Source of the DNA: Thermodesulfobacteriota bacterium | GTDB lineage: Bacteria; Desulfobacterota_D; UBA1144; Nemesobacterales; JAJCZQ01 | Assembly (NCBI GenBank): GCA_965203965.1 | Contig: CBDBDR010000017.1 | Span: 128,001 to 192,000 of the forward strand | Reading direction: 5' to 3' | Length of the DNA: 64,000 bases | Shown here: piece by piece, positions 42,139-52,055 of the stretch | Layout: each line of letters starts with the position of its first letter | Position numbering within the stretch: position 1 is the first letter of the stretch | Notes under the pieces: model-generated | Told to the model about the DNA's origin: nothing | The model's input: the letters and a program-made list of their open reading frames with translations, nothing else | The model's database searches: none | Program-made: the position numbers and the translations under genes

Positions 42139-43731
42139 TCAAAGGGTAGTTTGGTCATCCCCATCCTTCAACAACTTATAATCAATGCTATCAACCAATG
42201 CTTTCCAACTTGCTTCAACTAAATTTTCTGATACTCCAACCGTGCTCCAGCTATCTTCACCATCAGTGGATTCCACTAATACCCGCACCATGGAGTCGGT
42301 GCCTTTACTGGTTGAAACAACCCGAACCCTGTAATCAAGCAACTTAATGTCCTTGAGGTTGGGAAAAAATTTATCAAGTGCTTTCCTCAAAGCTCTGTCT
42401 AGAGCGTTTACGGGACCGTTCCCAATGGCTGCCGTTAAGTCTTTGTCCCCGTTCACCTGCATTTGCACGGTTGCCTCTGATATTGGCTCTTCATCTTCCT
42501 CTCTTTTTTCTACAATTACCCTTGCACCTTTTACGTAAAAACGCTTTTTATAAAGCCCCAGTGTTTTTCTGACCAGTAGTTCAAATGAAGCGTCTGCCCC
42601 TTCAAATTCATAGCCGGTATTCTCCAGTTTTTTAAGCTCGTTAAGAATTAAGTTGATCTTGCTGTCCTTTGGATCCAGATCAATGCCAAGCTCTTTTGCC
42701 TTGTAAATTATATTGCTTCTTCCCGATAGGTCTGAGATCAGTACACGCCTGTGATTTCCAACGGCTTTTGGGGTTACATGCTCATAAGTTTCAGAATTTT
42801 TCATAATGGCGCTTACGTGAATACCTCCTTTATGAGCAAACGCACTTTCTCCGACAAATGCGAGTTTCTTTAATGGGGCAAGGTTGGTAAGTTCATGAAT
42901 GAAATGAGATACATCATAGAGTTTTTTTAGTTCTCTTTCATCTAAGCAGTTGATCCCCATTTTTATTTGCAGGTCGGGGATAATTGAACAGAGATTTGCG
43001 TTGCCACATCTTTCCCCGTAACCATTCATTGTGCCTTGAACCTGTGATGCACCTTCCCGCACGGCATACAAGGAATTTGCGACTCCTACTTCACTGTCGT
43101 TATGTGCGTGTATCCCTATAACGGGATTATCAAGTTTTTTATTTACCTCTTTAATTATTTCTTCAATGTTCCAAGGCAACGAACCACCGTTTGTATCACA
43201 CAAAACTAAGGTATCCACGCCCGCATCAATTGCGGTTTTTAGTACGGAAAGTGAATACTCGTGGTTTCTTTTATATCCGTCAAAGAAATGCTCTGCGTCA
43301 AAAAAGACCTTATCAACTCTTTGCTTGAGGTATTCAATGGAGTCATAAATCAATTCTAGGTTTTCTTCCAGTCCAATTTTTAACGCCTCGGCAACCTGAA
43401 AGTCCCAACTCTTGCCGACAATTGTTACAACCGGTGTTTCAGCTTTTAGCAATGCCTTTATGTTCCCATCCTCTTCACAGGATCTTTTAGCTCTTCTTGT
43501 ACTTCCAAATGCAGCTATTTTTGCTTTTTTCAAGTTAAGCTTTTTTGCTTCCTCAAAGTATCCTTCATCCCTTTCATTTGACCCAGGCCATCCGCCCTCA
43601 ATGTAGTGAATGCCCATGTCGTCTAATTTTTCTGATATACGAAGCTTGTCATGTATGGAGAAAGAGATATTTTCACCTTGTGTTCCATCACGTAGAGTAA
43701 CATCGTATATTTCTACTGTTCTATTGTTCAT
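42139..43731 (-). CDS. cimA: Citramalate synthase
   Basis: [44 protein letters not shown]; start set at ATG 43731, 4 nt after the restored lysC stop. Confidence 0.92.
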   Translation of the reverse strand: MNNRTVEIYDVTLRDGTQGENISFSIHDKLRISEKLDDMGIHYIEGGWPGSNERDEGYFEEAKKLNLKKAKIAAFGSTRRAKRSCEEDGNIKALLKAETPVVTIVGKSWDFQVAEALKIGLEENLELIYDSIEYLKQRVDKVFFDAEHFFDGYKRNHEYSLSVLKTAIDAGVDTLVLCDTNGGSLPWNIEEIIKEVNKKLDNPVIGIHAHNDSEVGVANSLYAVREGASQVQGTMNGYGERCGNANLCSIIPDLQIKMGINCLDERELKKLYDVSHFIHELTNLAPLKKLAFVGESAFAHKGGIHVSAIMKNSETYEHVTPKAVGNHRRVLISDLSGRSNIIYKAKELGIDLDPKDSKINLILNELKKLENTGYEFEGADASFELLVRKTLGLYKKRFYVKGARVIVEKREEDEEPISEATVQMQVNGDKDLTAAIGNGPVNALDRALRKALDKFFPNLKDIKLLDYRVRVVSTSKGTDSMVRVLVESTDGEDSWSTVGVSENLVEASWKALVDSIDYKLLKDGDDQTTL

Positions 43732-43735
43732 ATCA

Positions 43736-44958
43736 TCATCCAAGTTTAAAAGATTCATGAAGGGACCTTATTGCCAATTCAGTGTATTTTTCTTCTATTA
43801 CACAAGATATTTTGATCTCAGAAGTACTTATCATCATTATATTAATACCTTCTTCTGCAAGAGTGTTAAACGTTTGTTGTGCTACACCCGAATGAGTTTT
43901 CATTCCGATGCCGACTATTGAAACTTTGGATATTTTATCATCATAGATAACGTCTCCTGCTTTAAGTTTTTTGCAACCTTTTTTGTGATTTCTATTGACC
44001 TTTTAAAATCAGCCGTTGGAACAGTAAACGTCATATCGGTTAAATTGTTGTTACTTATATTTTGAACGATCATGTCAATACTGATTCCCTTGTCTGCCAA
44101 TGGCGAGAAGAGTTTGGCAGCAACGCCGGGCTGATCAGGCACTTGGGTTACAGTTATTTTTGCCTGATTTTTGTCATAGGCTACACCTGAAACCAGAACA
44201 TTTTCGATTGAATCCATTGCTTCCTCCTCTTCTACTACCCATGTCCCCTCTGTTTGTGGTTTTACGGTAGATCTTACGTGTAGTTTGATATTAAATTTTT
44301 TTGCAACTTCCACAGCACGCGCCTGAAGGACTTTTGATCCAAGACTCGCCATTTCAAGCATCTCCTCGTATGAGATTTTGTCTATCTTACGGGCATTTTT
44401 ACAGACCAATGGGTCAGCGGTATATATTCCATCAACGTCGTCCTTATAAAGTTCACATGAATCTGCATTCAGGATTGATGAAAGTGCAACAGCGGTCAGA
44501 TCTGAACCACCTCTTCCAAAAGTTGTAACGTTGCCTTGCTCGTCCACTCCCTGAAATCCTGAAACTACCACTACCTTACCGTCTGATAATGCTTTTTTAA
44601 TGTTTTTGCTGTCTATATTTTTAATTTTTGCCTTGGAATAAGCATTATCCGTTAGAATTTTTATCTGGTGCCCCTGATAGGAGACAGCTTCATGTCTCTT
44701 GGATTTCAGAGCCATTGCCAAAAGACCCGAAGAAACCTGCTCACCACTTGATGCTATTACGTCCAATTCTCTCTCATCCGGCGGATCCATTAAAGAAGAA
44801 GCAAGTTTAACAAGACGGTTTGTTTCTCCTGACATAGCGGACACAACTGCGACTACCTTGTTTTTCTTTTTAGCTTTTATTATTATGTCTGCAACGCGTC
44901 GGATCCTGTCTAAGTTTGCAACGCTTGTTCCACCATATTTTTGAACAACGACACCCAT
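43736..44958 (-). CDS. lysC: Aspartate kinase, interrupted by a -1 frameshift near 43966-43984
   Basis: [24 protein letters not shown] domains; C-terminus [16 protein letters not shown]...ISTSEIKIS...LHESFKLG* lies in the -1 frame; restored length 407 aa. Confidence 0.93.
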
Positions 44959-45401
44959 TTATCATTACCTCTGAACTTTAACATTCGCTTGTTTGAACTA
45001 TGCTCGTCCACATTTTCAAAATTTGAAATTTCTATTATAACTGCATCATCAGGCAATTCATCAATGGCTTTATCTGCCCATTCAATCGCACAGATGCCAT
45101 CGGAGAAAATATAATCCCTGTATCCTATGGTTTCCAAATCATTAGCGTCTGAAATCCTATACAAGTCAAAGTGATAAAGTTTTTTTATACCTTCGTAGGA
45201 GTTCATAATAACAAATGTCGGGCTGGTAGGTTCTTCATCAATATGCAGTCCCTTTGCGATCCCCTTGACCAGAACGGTTTTTCCACTGCCCAGATCTCCT
45301 ATCAAGGCAAATACACTGCCTCTTTCAGCAATCTCACCAATCGTCCTGCCGATACTAAAAGTCTCGTCGGAGGTTTCAGAAAGAATTGTATACTCGCTCA
45401 T
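44910..45401 (-). CDS. tsaE: tRNA threonylcarbamoyladenosine biosynthesis ATPase TsaE
   Basis: GDLGSGKT, TSPTF, HFDLYR, IEWAD. Confidence 0.94.
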   Translation of the reverse strand: MSEYTILSETSDETFSIGRTIGEIAERGSVFALIGDLGSGKTVLVKGIAKGLHIDEEPTSPTFVIMNSYEGIKKLYHFDLYRISDANDLETIGYRDYIFSDGICAIEWADKAIDELPDDAVIIEISNFENVDEHSSNKRMLKFRGNDKWVSLFKNMVEQALQT

Positions 45402-45405
45402 GTTT

Positions 45406-46959
45406 TCAGCGAATAGTTTCAAAAAACGGCTCTTTATCCTGAATTTCAACTTGCTTTAACGCTTTTGGTATTGAGTTTGCCACGTCTGTTGCGGTTATTC
45501 CAGAAACTCCCATCTCTCTTGCTACAATGTCCCCAGAAAGCCCGTGAATGAAAACTCCAAGCAGGCAGGCTTCCAATGGATTGTATTGCTGCGATATAAG
45601 CCCTGATATTACACCAGTAAGAACGTCTCCCATTCCACCTGAAGACATGCCGGGGTTGCCCGTGGGATTTATAAAGACGCCACCGTAAGGTGTAGCAATG
45701 ATGGTCCTTGCTCCCTTTAATACCACGTAGCATTTATGATGAACGGCAAAATTTTCGGTGTATTCTATCCTTTTTGACTGGATTTCTTTTGAGGTCTTTC
45801 CCACAAGTCTTGCCATTTCCCCGGGGTGTGGAGTCAGTATTACAGGCACTTTCAGGCTTTTAAGAAAGTCTCTGTTCTCTGCAATAATGTTAATTGCGTC
45901 AGCGTCCACAACGACAGGTATTTTGGTATTTGTCAATATTTCAAATAAGAATCTTTTTGTACCAGATTTAGTGGAGATTCCCGGTCCAATTGCGAGGGAG
46001 GTTTTTGAATCCAATGTAGAAAGAGCTTGATCCAGGGAAGTTTCAGATAAAAAACCACTGGCTTCGTCCTCCAGCTTTACGGACATTGCCTCTATTATTT
46101 TTTCATCTACGGAGCTTGCGATGGATGCAGGCACACCAACTGTTACCAATCCTGAACCTGAACGTACCGACGCGTGGGCACAAAGAGCCGCAGCGCCAGT
46201 TTTGCCCGATGAACCGGCAATTATAAGTGTATGTCCATAATTGCCTTTATGTGTATCAACAAGTCTTGTTCTGTTGATTGTTCTGCACTTTTTGAACGTT
46301 ATTAATTCAAAAGGTAATTTGTTCTCCAGTATTTTCGGTGTTGTGATGTCCGCAACGTATATCTTTCCGGCGTAGTTGATTCCTGGGTGGATTGATATTC
46401 CGAGTTTTGGAAGGATGAAAGTTACTGTGATGTTTGAAACAATTGAAATTCCCAGAGGAATGCCTCTATTGGCATCTATTCCAGATGGAAGATCAACTGA
46501 GATCTTTGGAGTTTTAAGAGAGTTAATTGTCTCAATTATTCTCTTGTAATTTCCTTTTATTTCCCTGTCAAGTCCAGTGCCAAAAATTGCGTCAATGATA
46601 AGATCGCTTTTTTTATAGTTTGAAAAATTGCTTCTCAATCTTTTGATATTTTTTGAGATATTCAATAGTGAGCCCAGATTTGTTTTGGCGTCACCCGTGT
46701 ATTCATTTTTATTTTTCAGCAGGTATATGGTTACTTCTTTTCCTGCATTAATAAGATGTCTTGCAGCTACAAAACCATCGCCGCCATTGTTTCCTCCACC
46801 GCAAAAAACCGAAACATTTTTTGCGTCGGGGAATTCTTTCAGAATAACATTTGATACAGCCCTTCCTGCGTTTTCCATTAAAATCATGCCCGGTATGCCG
46901 TATTCTCTGATTGTTCTACTGTCAATTTCTCTTATGATTTCTCTGGTTGCAATTTTCAT
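45406..46959 (-). CDS. nnr: Bifunctional NAD(P)H-hydrate epimerase/dehydratase
   Basis: LMENAG, GGGNNGGDG, DAIFGTG, HKGNYG, LTPHPGE, GGMGDVL. Confidence 0.94.
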   Translation of the reverse strand: MKIATREIIREIDSRTIREYGIPGMILMENAGRAVSNVILKEFPDAKNVSVFCGGGNNGGDGFVAARHLINAGKEVTIYLLKNKNEYTGDAKTNLGSLLNISKNIKRLRSNFSNYKKSDLIIDAIFGTGLDREIKGNYKRIIETINSLKTPKISVDLPSGIDANRGIPLGISIVSNITVTFILPKLGISIHPGINYAGKIYVADITTPKILENKLPFELITFKKCRTINRTRLVDTHKGNYGHTLIIAGSSGKTGAAALCAHASVRSGSGLVTVGVPASIASSVDEKIIEAMSVKLEDEASGFLSETSLDQALSTLDSKTSLAIGPGISTKSGTKRFLFEILTNTKIPVVVDADAINIIAENRDFLKSLKVPVILTPHPGEMARLVGKTSKEIQSKRIEYTENFAVHHKCYVVLKGARTIIATPYGGVFINPTGNPGMSSGGMGDVLTGVISGLISQQYNPLEACLLGVFIHGLSGDIVAREMGVSGITATDVANSIPKALKQVEIQDKEPFFETIR

Positions 46960-47100
46960 CTTCAGAAAGTCCCGATGAGCTTTTATAAGTTTGATGTGCG
47001 GTTGTTGTAAACTTTCCCCTGAGATAGTTTATACTATTGAACCTATCTAAATTTTATACACTATATAGAATAAAGTCTCCAAACAAGCCTATACTAAAAA

Positions 47101-48201
47101 ATGAGCGACAGACAAATTAAAATTGAAGACGTACTGAAGTCTCTTCCTGAGAAATTGCTTGAATTTGCCGGTCCTGAAAATCCGACTGAGCAGAAATTAA
47201 TGGCAGCGCAGGGTTTTGTGCCTCTTGACCCCAAAGATATGGCAATGGTGTTGTTCTGTCTGACCTTTGATAAAGATGAAAACATAAAGACTGAAGCAGA
47301 AAATTCTTTAAGGGACATGCCCGAGAATGCAATGAAGGATATTCTCCGTGATCATTCAACTATTCCTGATTTCATAGATTACGTAGCCAGAAAATTTGAT
47401 AATGAGTCTTATGTGGAGTTCATATTGTTGAACTCAAACACTTTGGATTCAACTTATGCTTATTTGGCTAGGACGCATCAGTCTGAAAGCAATATTGACA
47501 TTATTGCCAATAACAGACAGAGGATCCTCAGATCAGAAGCAATAGTGGAAGCTCTCAGTGACAACGCAGCAGTACGTGTCTCTGTTCTTGATAATGTTTT
47601 ATCGTATATAAGCCACTATGTGGAGAAGTCACAAAGTGCGACAAACTCCGCTCAGAAACCACAAATCCAAGAGAGCAGGGATGATATAAACCTGAATGAG
47701 ATTGAAGAACAAGAGTCATTTCTGGATGCTGTGGAATTTTCTACTCAACTGGTTGATGAGAGTAAGGAAGAGGATTTAGATGACAGTGCTAAAAAAGGTT
47801 TTGCATTACAGGTACAGTCTTTGACTGTTGCGGCGAAGGTAAAATTAGCTCTTGTTGGTAATATAGAAGCAAGAAGGACCCTGATAAGAAGCAGCAACAG
47901 AGTTATATCATTAGGTGTGGTTAAAAACCCGCGATTGACGGATGCGGAAGTTGCAACGATTGCACAGTCCAGAGTGGTTGATGAAAATGTACTTAAGGAA
48001 GTGGCTAAAAATAAAAAATGGACGAAAAACTACAGTGTCAAATCATATTTGGTAAATAATCCTAAGACTCCCGTTAGTATTTCTTTGAATTTGCTGTCGC
48101 AGTTGAACAGTTTTGATATAAAAAAAATAGGATCCAGTAAGCATCTTCCCGGCACTATTGTACAGACGGCAAAGAGACTTACTGATTCACGAAAAAGATA
48201 A
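47101..48201 (+). CDS. Conserved hypothetical helical-repeat protein
   Basis: 366 aa; C-terminal KVKLALVGN..AR..L...N...V.KNP and LVNNPKTP repeats (LRV/HEAT-like). Confidence 0.7.
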   Translation: MSDRQIKIEDVLKSLPEKLLEFAGPENPTEQKLMAAQGFVPLDPKDMAMVLFCLTFDKDENIKTEAENSLRDMPENAMKDILRDHSTIPDFIDYVARKFDNESYVEFILLNSNTLDSTYAYLARTHQSESNIDIIANNRQRILRSEAIVEALSDNAAVRVSVLDNVLSYISHYVEKSQSATNSAQKPQIQESRDDINLNEIEEQESFLDAVEFSTQLVDESKEEDLDDSAKKGFALQVQSLTVAAKVKLALVGNIEARRTLIRSSNRVISLGVVKNPRLTDAEVATIAQSRVVDENVLKEVAKNKKWTKNYSVKSYLVNNPKTPVSISLNLLSQLNSFDIKKIGSSKHLPGTIVQTAKRLTDSRKR

Positions 48202-48222
48202 GAGCATCCAGATCAATAATTG

Positions 48223-49161
48223 ATGCAAGATAACTTTTTATTGTCAGATGAACATTGTCCTAACAGGGCAGATGTTATTTTCTCTAAAATATACAACAAC
48301 CACAGCCGTTCACAGATAAGAAAATATATAAGGGATGCCCATATACTGGTTGACGGCACAAATATAAAACCATCCAGAGTTCTGCGTGGGGGAGAATCTG
48401 TATCCGTGAGGTTTCCGAGTCCGGAACCTATAGAAGCCTTACCGGAAAAAATAGACATTGACGTAATTTATGAAAATCCCGATTTCATAGTTGTGAACAA
48501 GCCGTCGGGTATTGTTGTGCACGCCGGTGCGGGCAATACGAGTGGAACTTTGGTCAATGCCTTGTTGTATCATTGCAGTGATCTGTCGGGTATTGGTGGA
48601 AAGATTAGACCCGGTATTGTCCATAGGCTTGACAAGGAAACGTCGGGTGTAATGGTCGTTGCCAAAAATGATTTCACACATTCAGGACTTGCGGATCAGT
48701 TCAAGTATAAGAAAGTGTCAAAATTATATTTGGCAATTGTGCATGGAACTATCAAATCCGATGAAGGCAGCTATGTCTCCAAAATAGGAAGACACAGAAA
48801 GGATCGCATAAAGATGTCAGGCAATACAAATTACGGCAGGGAATCCACAACTTGTTGGAAGGTAATGAAAAGATTTAAAAATTCCACTCTGATTCAGGCA
48901 ATGCCGAGAACCGGAAGAACGCATCAGATAAGAGTTCATTTTTCCGAAAGCGGACACCCACTTTTGTCGGACAAACTCTATGGGAGTTCAAAAAAAGACA
49001 GATGTCTGATGGGAAGTTTTGAGGGGAAAATAGGTAGGCATGCACTTCATGCGGAAAAATTAGGTTTTATGGATCCCCGAAGCAATAAGCACCTTGAGTT
49101 TATTGCTCCAATACCGGCTGATTTTTCAAATACGCTGGATTTTCTTGGATGGACAGATTGA
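48223..49161 (+). CDS. rluD: RluA-family pseudouridine synthase RluD
   Basis: S4-like N-terminus, VNKPSGIVVH, HRLDKETSG, GRTHQIRVH. Confidence 0.92.
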   Translation: MQDNFLLSDEHCPNRADVIFSKIYNNHSRSQIRKYIRDAHILVDGTNIKPSRVLRGGESVSVRFPSPEPIEALPEKIDIDVIYENPDFIVVNKPSGIVVHAGAGNTSGTLVNALLYHCSDLSGIGGKIRPGIVHRLDKETSGVMVVAKNDFTHSGLADQFKYKKVSKLYLAIVHGTIKSDEGSYVSKIGRHRKDRIKMSGNTNYGRESTTCWKVMKRFKNSTLIQAMPRTGRTHQIRVHFSESGHPLLSDKLYGSSKKDRCLMGSFEGKIGRHALHAEKLGFMDPRSNKHLEFIAPIPADFSNTLDFLGWTD

Positions 49162-49162
49162 T

Positions 49163-49837
49163 ATGGATTTTTATAAATACAAAGATTTACCTGCGTTTTC
49201 CGGTGTAAAACACGGCTTTATACCAAATTTTAATCCGCAGGATATTGGTTTGTTGGCAAAGGGTTCCAATCTGTCTGCCATAAGGACTGTAAAACAGGTT
49301 CACAGTGATAAAATTCTGGAGATATCAACTGAAAATGCAGATGAATTGGAAGGTGATTCTTTATATACAGTCTGTAGAGGTGTGGGAGTGGGAGTTTGTA
49401 CTGCCGACTGTCTCCCCATAATTTATTTTGAAGAGCAAAGAGGTATTGCAGGAGTCATTCACGCCGGGTGGAAAGGCACACTTAAAAAGATTACTGCCAA
49501 AACTTTTACTTATCTCAAGGAAAAGCTGAATTGTGATAGCTCAAATATACAGGTTTTACTTGGTCCCTGTATTGAGGGGAAATGCTATGAGATAGGGGAA
49601 GAAGTTGCCTGCCAATTTATGAGAGAGTTTGATTGTAGTGAAGCATTTTTAACAAAGAAAAGTGGTTCTAAATACTATCTTGATCTTAAAGAAGCAAACG
49701 TTTCACAGTTACGTAGTGTGGGCATTGTCAATATTAACATTATGGACGTATGCACGTTTTGTGACGTGCACCTGCCTTCATACAGGCGTGATGGCAACGA
49801 TGCGGGTAGGATCCTCAGTTTTATAGGGTTGGTTTAG
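49163..49837 (+). CDS. pgeF: Peptidoglycan editing factor / purine nucleoside phosphorylase PgeF (YfiH)
   Basis: QVHS, TADCLP, HAGWKG, GPCI..CYE, SYRR; follows rluD. Confidence 0.92.
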   Translation: MDFYKYKDLPAFSGVKHGFIPNFNPQDIGLLAKGSNLSAIRTVKQVHSDKILEISTENADELEGDSLYTVCRGVGVGVCTADCLPIIYFEEQRGIAGVIHAGWKGTLKKITAKTFTYLKEKLNCDSSNIQVLLGPCIEGKCYEIGEEVACQFMREFDCSEAFLTKKSGSKYYLDLKEANVSQLRSVGIVNINIMDVCTFCDVHLPSYRRDGNDAGRILSFIGLV

Positions 49838-49910
49838 TGTTAAAAAACAGTTCTTTTTATATAATGAGGTAAATAGTGTTTTGATATTAATTTGGTAGGG
49901 GATTTTAATT

Positions 49911-51827
49911 ATGATGAAGAAGGTTTTTATTATAGTTTTTGTATCATTTATATACAGCAACGCAGTTTTTTCCTTTACTCTGAAACACAGTTTTTCAATA
50001 GAGGGACATAATACAGGAGACGATGTTTTCAGGGCTCCTGCCGATATTCAAGTTGGCAGAAAAGGTAATATTTATGTATTAGACTCTACTCATCACAAGA
50101 TAAAGGTATTTGACCGCGATTATCAGTATTTGTATTCAATTGGGGGATTAGGGGATGGTAAAGAGAATTTCAAATACCCATCATCTCTCGCAATAGATAG
50201 ACATGACAATATCTATGTTGCTGATTATGGAAATTATCGGATTCAAATAGTGGGTCCAAAAGGTAGCTTCTTAAAGGCAATAGATACTTCCCAACTCAGG
50301 GGTATGATAAACAATTTGCCTGTCTCCTGTATCCCTTACTGTATATTTGTTGATCAATCAAATCATATATATATCTGTAATGTTTTAAGGGATGAATTAC
50401 TCATTTTGGATAAAGAGGGAAAACTAAAGAAGATAATAGGTGGAAAAAATAATTTAATTGATGTGCGTGCTGAAGCAGAAGGACTGAACACTGATCAAAT
50501 TGAAAAATTCATCTATGAAAGACGAAGAGAGGATGGGGATTTTTTTGGTCTGTCTTCAATAATCATAACTGATTCAGGGAATATCGTAGTTGCTGATGCA
50601 GGTAATAGCAGAGTTCAAATATTTGATAAAGAAGGAAATTTTATAAGAAAATTTGGAAGTGAAGGGGAGAAAGACGGTCAGTTTAAGCTGGATCTGGTTA
50701 ATTATGTAAGACTTGCCGATGTAACTACAGACAAATTAGGGAACATACTGGTTTCAGATTCAGGGAGTAATAGGGTTCAAGTGTTTGATGAGAAAGGGAA
50801 TTTCATAAGGAAGTTTGGCACAGGAGGGGAAAGAGACGGGCAGTTTAAATTTCCAGGGGGTATAGCTGTTGATGGTTCAGGAAATATCCTTGTTGCAGAT
50901 ACAGGGAACCAGAGAATTCAAGTATTTGATAAGAAAGGGAATTTCATAACAAAGTTTGGCGAGGGGTCAGGCAAAAGTTGGTTGGTTGATGGTATAGCTA
51001 TCAATGGTTCTGGAGATATTTTGGTTGCACATGAATATGAGAACAAAGTAAGTGTATTTAATAAAGAGGGTGAACTGATAAGGAGTTTCAGCACCAAGCA
51101 TGACACAAGAGATTCTTATATTTCCAGTCTTACAATTGATGAGAAAGGCGATATTTTTATTGCTGACAGTAAGCATAATAGGATATTAGTGTTTGGTTCA
51201 GAAGGGAAACTTTTATATGAGATAGGTAAGAGAGAAAAAGGGAAAGGAGAGTTTCACAAACCATTTGATATAAAGGTTAATGCAGAAGGGAATTTAGTAG
51301 TTTCAGAGTATGGTAATGATAGGGTTCAAATTCTAAGTAAGCAGGGAAAGTTCATAAAGGAGATTAATTATTTAAGAGGGCTCAAAAGTAATTTGTCTAA
51401 ACCGTCAGCAGTAGCTATAGATGAGTTAGGGAATATGTTAATAGTTGATAATGTTAGTGGAACAGAAGCTAATGTTCTGAATAAGAAAGGTAGGGTGACT
51501 ATTCTGAATAATAAGGGTGAGTTTGTTGGGAGTTTTATAGAAGATGGGAGTGAGTTTGATTCTATTGCAGTTGATAAGTTAGGGAATATTTTTGTTACAG
51601 ATGTAGAGAATCATCAGATAAAAGTATTTGATAAAGAAGGTAAGGAGAGAGGAGTTGTAGGAAAATTAGGGAGTGGGGTTGGAGAATTTCACAGGCCTTC
51701 AAAAATAGTGATAGACAATATGGGCAAGGTATTTGTTGCAGATTATGGAAATAATCGGATACAGGTGTTTTCGTATGAGTTTGAACAACCTGTTCAGGAT
51801 ACAAAAGGGTTGGAAATGGGAAAGTAA
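49911..51827 (+). CDS. Secreted NHL-repeat beta-propeller protein
   Basis: Signal peptide; about 11-12 repeats of F..P.GIAVD..GNI.VAD.GN.RIQVFD. Confidence 0.9.
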   Translation: MMKKVFIIVFVSFIYSNAVFSFTLKHSFSIEGHNTGDDVFRAPADIQVGRKGNIYVLDSTHHKIKVFDRDYQYLYSIGGLGDGKENFKYPSSLAIDRHDNIYVADYGNYRIQIVGPKGSFLKAIDTSQLRGMINNLPVSCIPYCIFVDQSNHIYICNVLRDELLILDKEGKLKKIIGGKNNLIDVRAEAEGLNTDQIEKFIYERRREDGDFFGLSSIIITDSGNIVVADAGNSRVQIFDKEGNFIRKFGSEGEKDGQFKLDLVNYVRLADVTTDKLGNILVSDSGSNRVQVFDEKGNFIRKFGTGGERDGQFKFPGGIAVDGSGNILVADTGNQRIQVFDKKGNFITKFGEGSGKSWLVDGIAINGSGDILVAHEYENKVSVFNKEGELIRSFSTKHDTRDSYISSLTIDEKGDIFIADSKHNRILVFGSEGKLLYEIGKREKGKGEFHKPFDIKVNAEGNLVVSEYGNDRVQILSKQGKFIKEINYLRGLKSNLSKPSAVAIDELGNMLIVDNVSGTEANVLNKKGRVTILNNKGEFVGSFIEDGSEFDSIAVDKLGNIFVTDVENHQIKVFDKEGKERGVVGKLGSGVGEFHRPSKIVIDNMGKVFVADYGNNRIQVFSYEFEQPVQDTKGLEMGK

Positions 51828-51858
51828 AATAGATTGTAGTCGAATTAACATGAAGTTG

Positions 51859-51881
51859 TGAGTAAAAGAGTTTTTGCACAC
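51859..51881 (+). repeat. 23-bp direct repeat, copy 1
   Basis: TGAGTAAAAGAGTTTTTGCACAC; 22/23 identical to 53494-53516. Confidence 0.85.
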
Positions 51882-51896
51882 AGACTGAAGTTGTAC

Positions 51897-51938
51897 CCAA
51901 GCAAATGAATTATGGATCAATAACAATCAGTTGCTTGG
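51897..51938. repeat. Imperfect 42-bp palindrome
   Basis: CCAAGCAA...TTGCTTGG outer arms with partial inner pairing centred on GATC. Confidence 0.65.
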
Positions 51939-52055
51939 ATTTAAGCCTGCCAATCATACCAGAAGTGAAATTGTTAGATGTTTAAGTGACTACATTCCTT
52001 TTGATAATAATAAAGTTGGGGTTTCTAAAATTGGAAGATTAAGAAGAGGATTAGA

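Noticed and set aside
44910..44958. 49-nt tsaE/lysC overlap as a second frameshift
   Set aside because: Both proteins have complete expected termini; a simple stop-codon extension of tsaE explains it.
51843..51979. Integron attC site (AATTAAC ... GTTAGAT)
   Set aside because: R boxes are imperfectly complementary, no L-box pairing, no equivalent at the second repeat and no IntI in the window.
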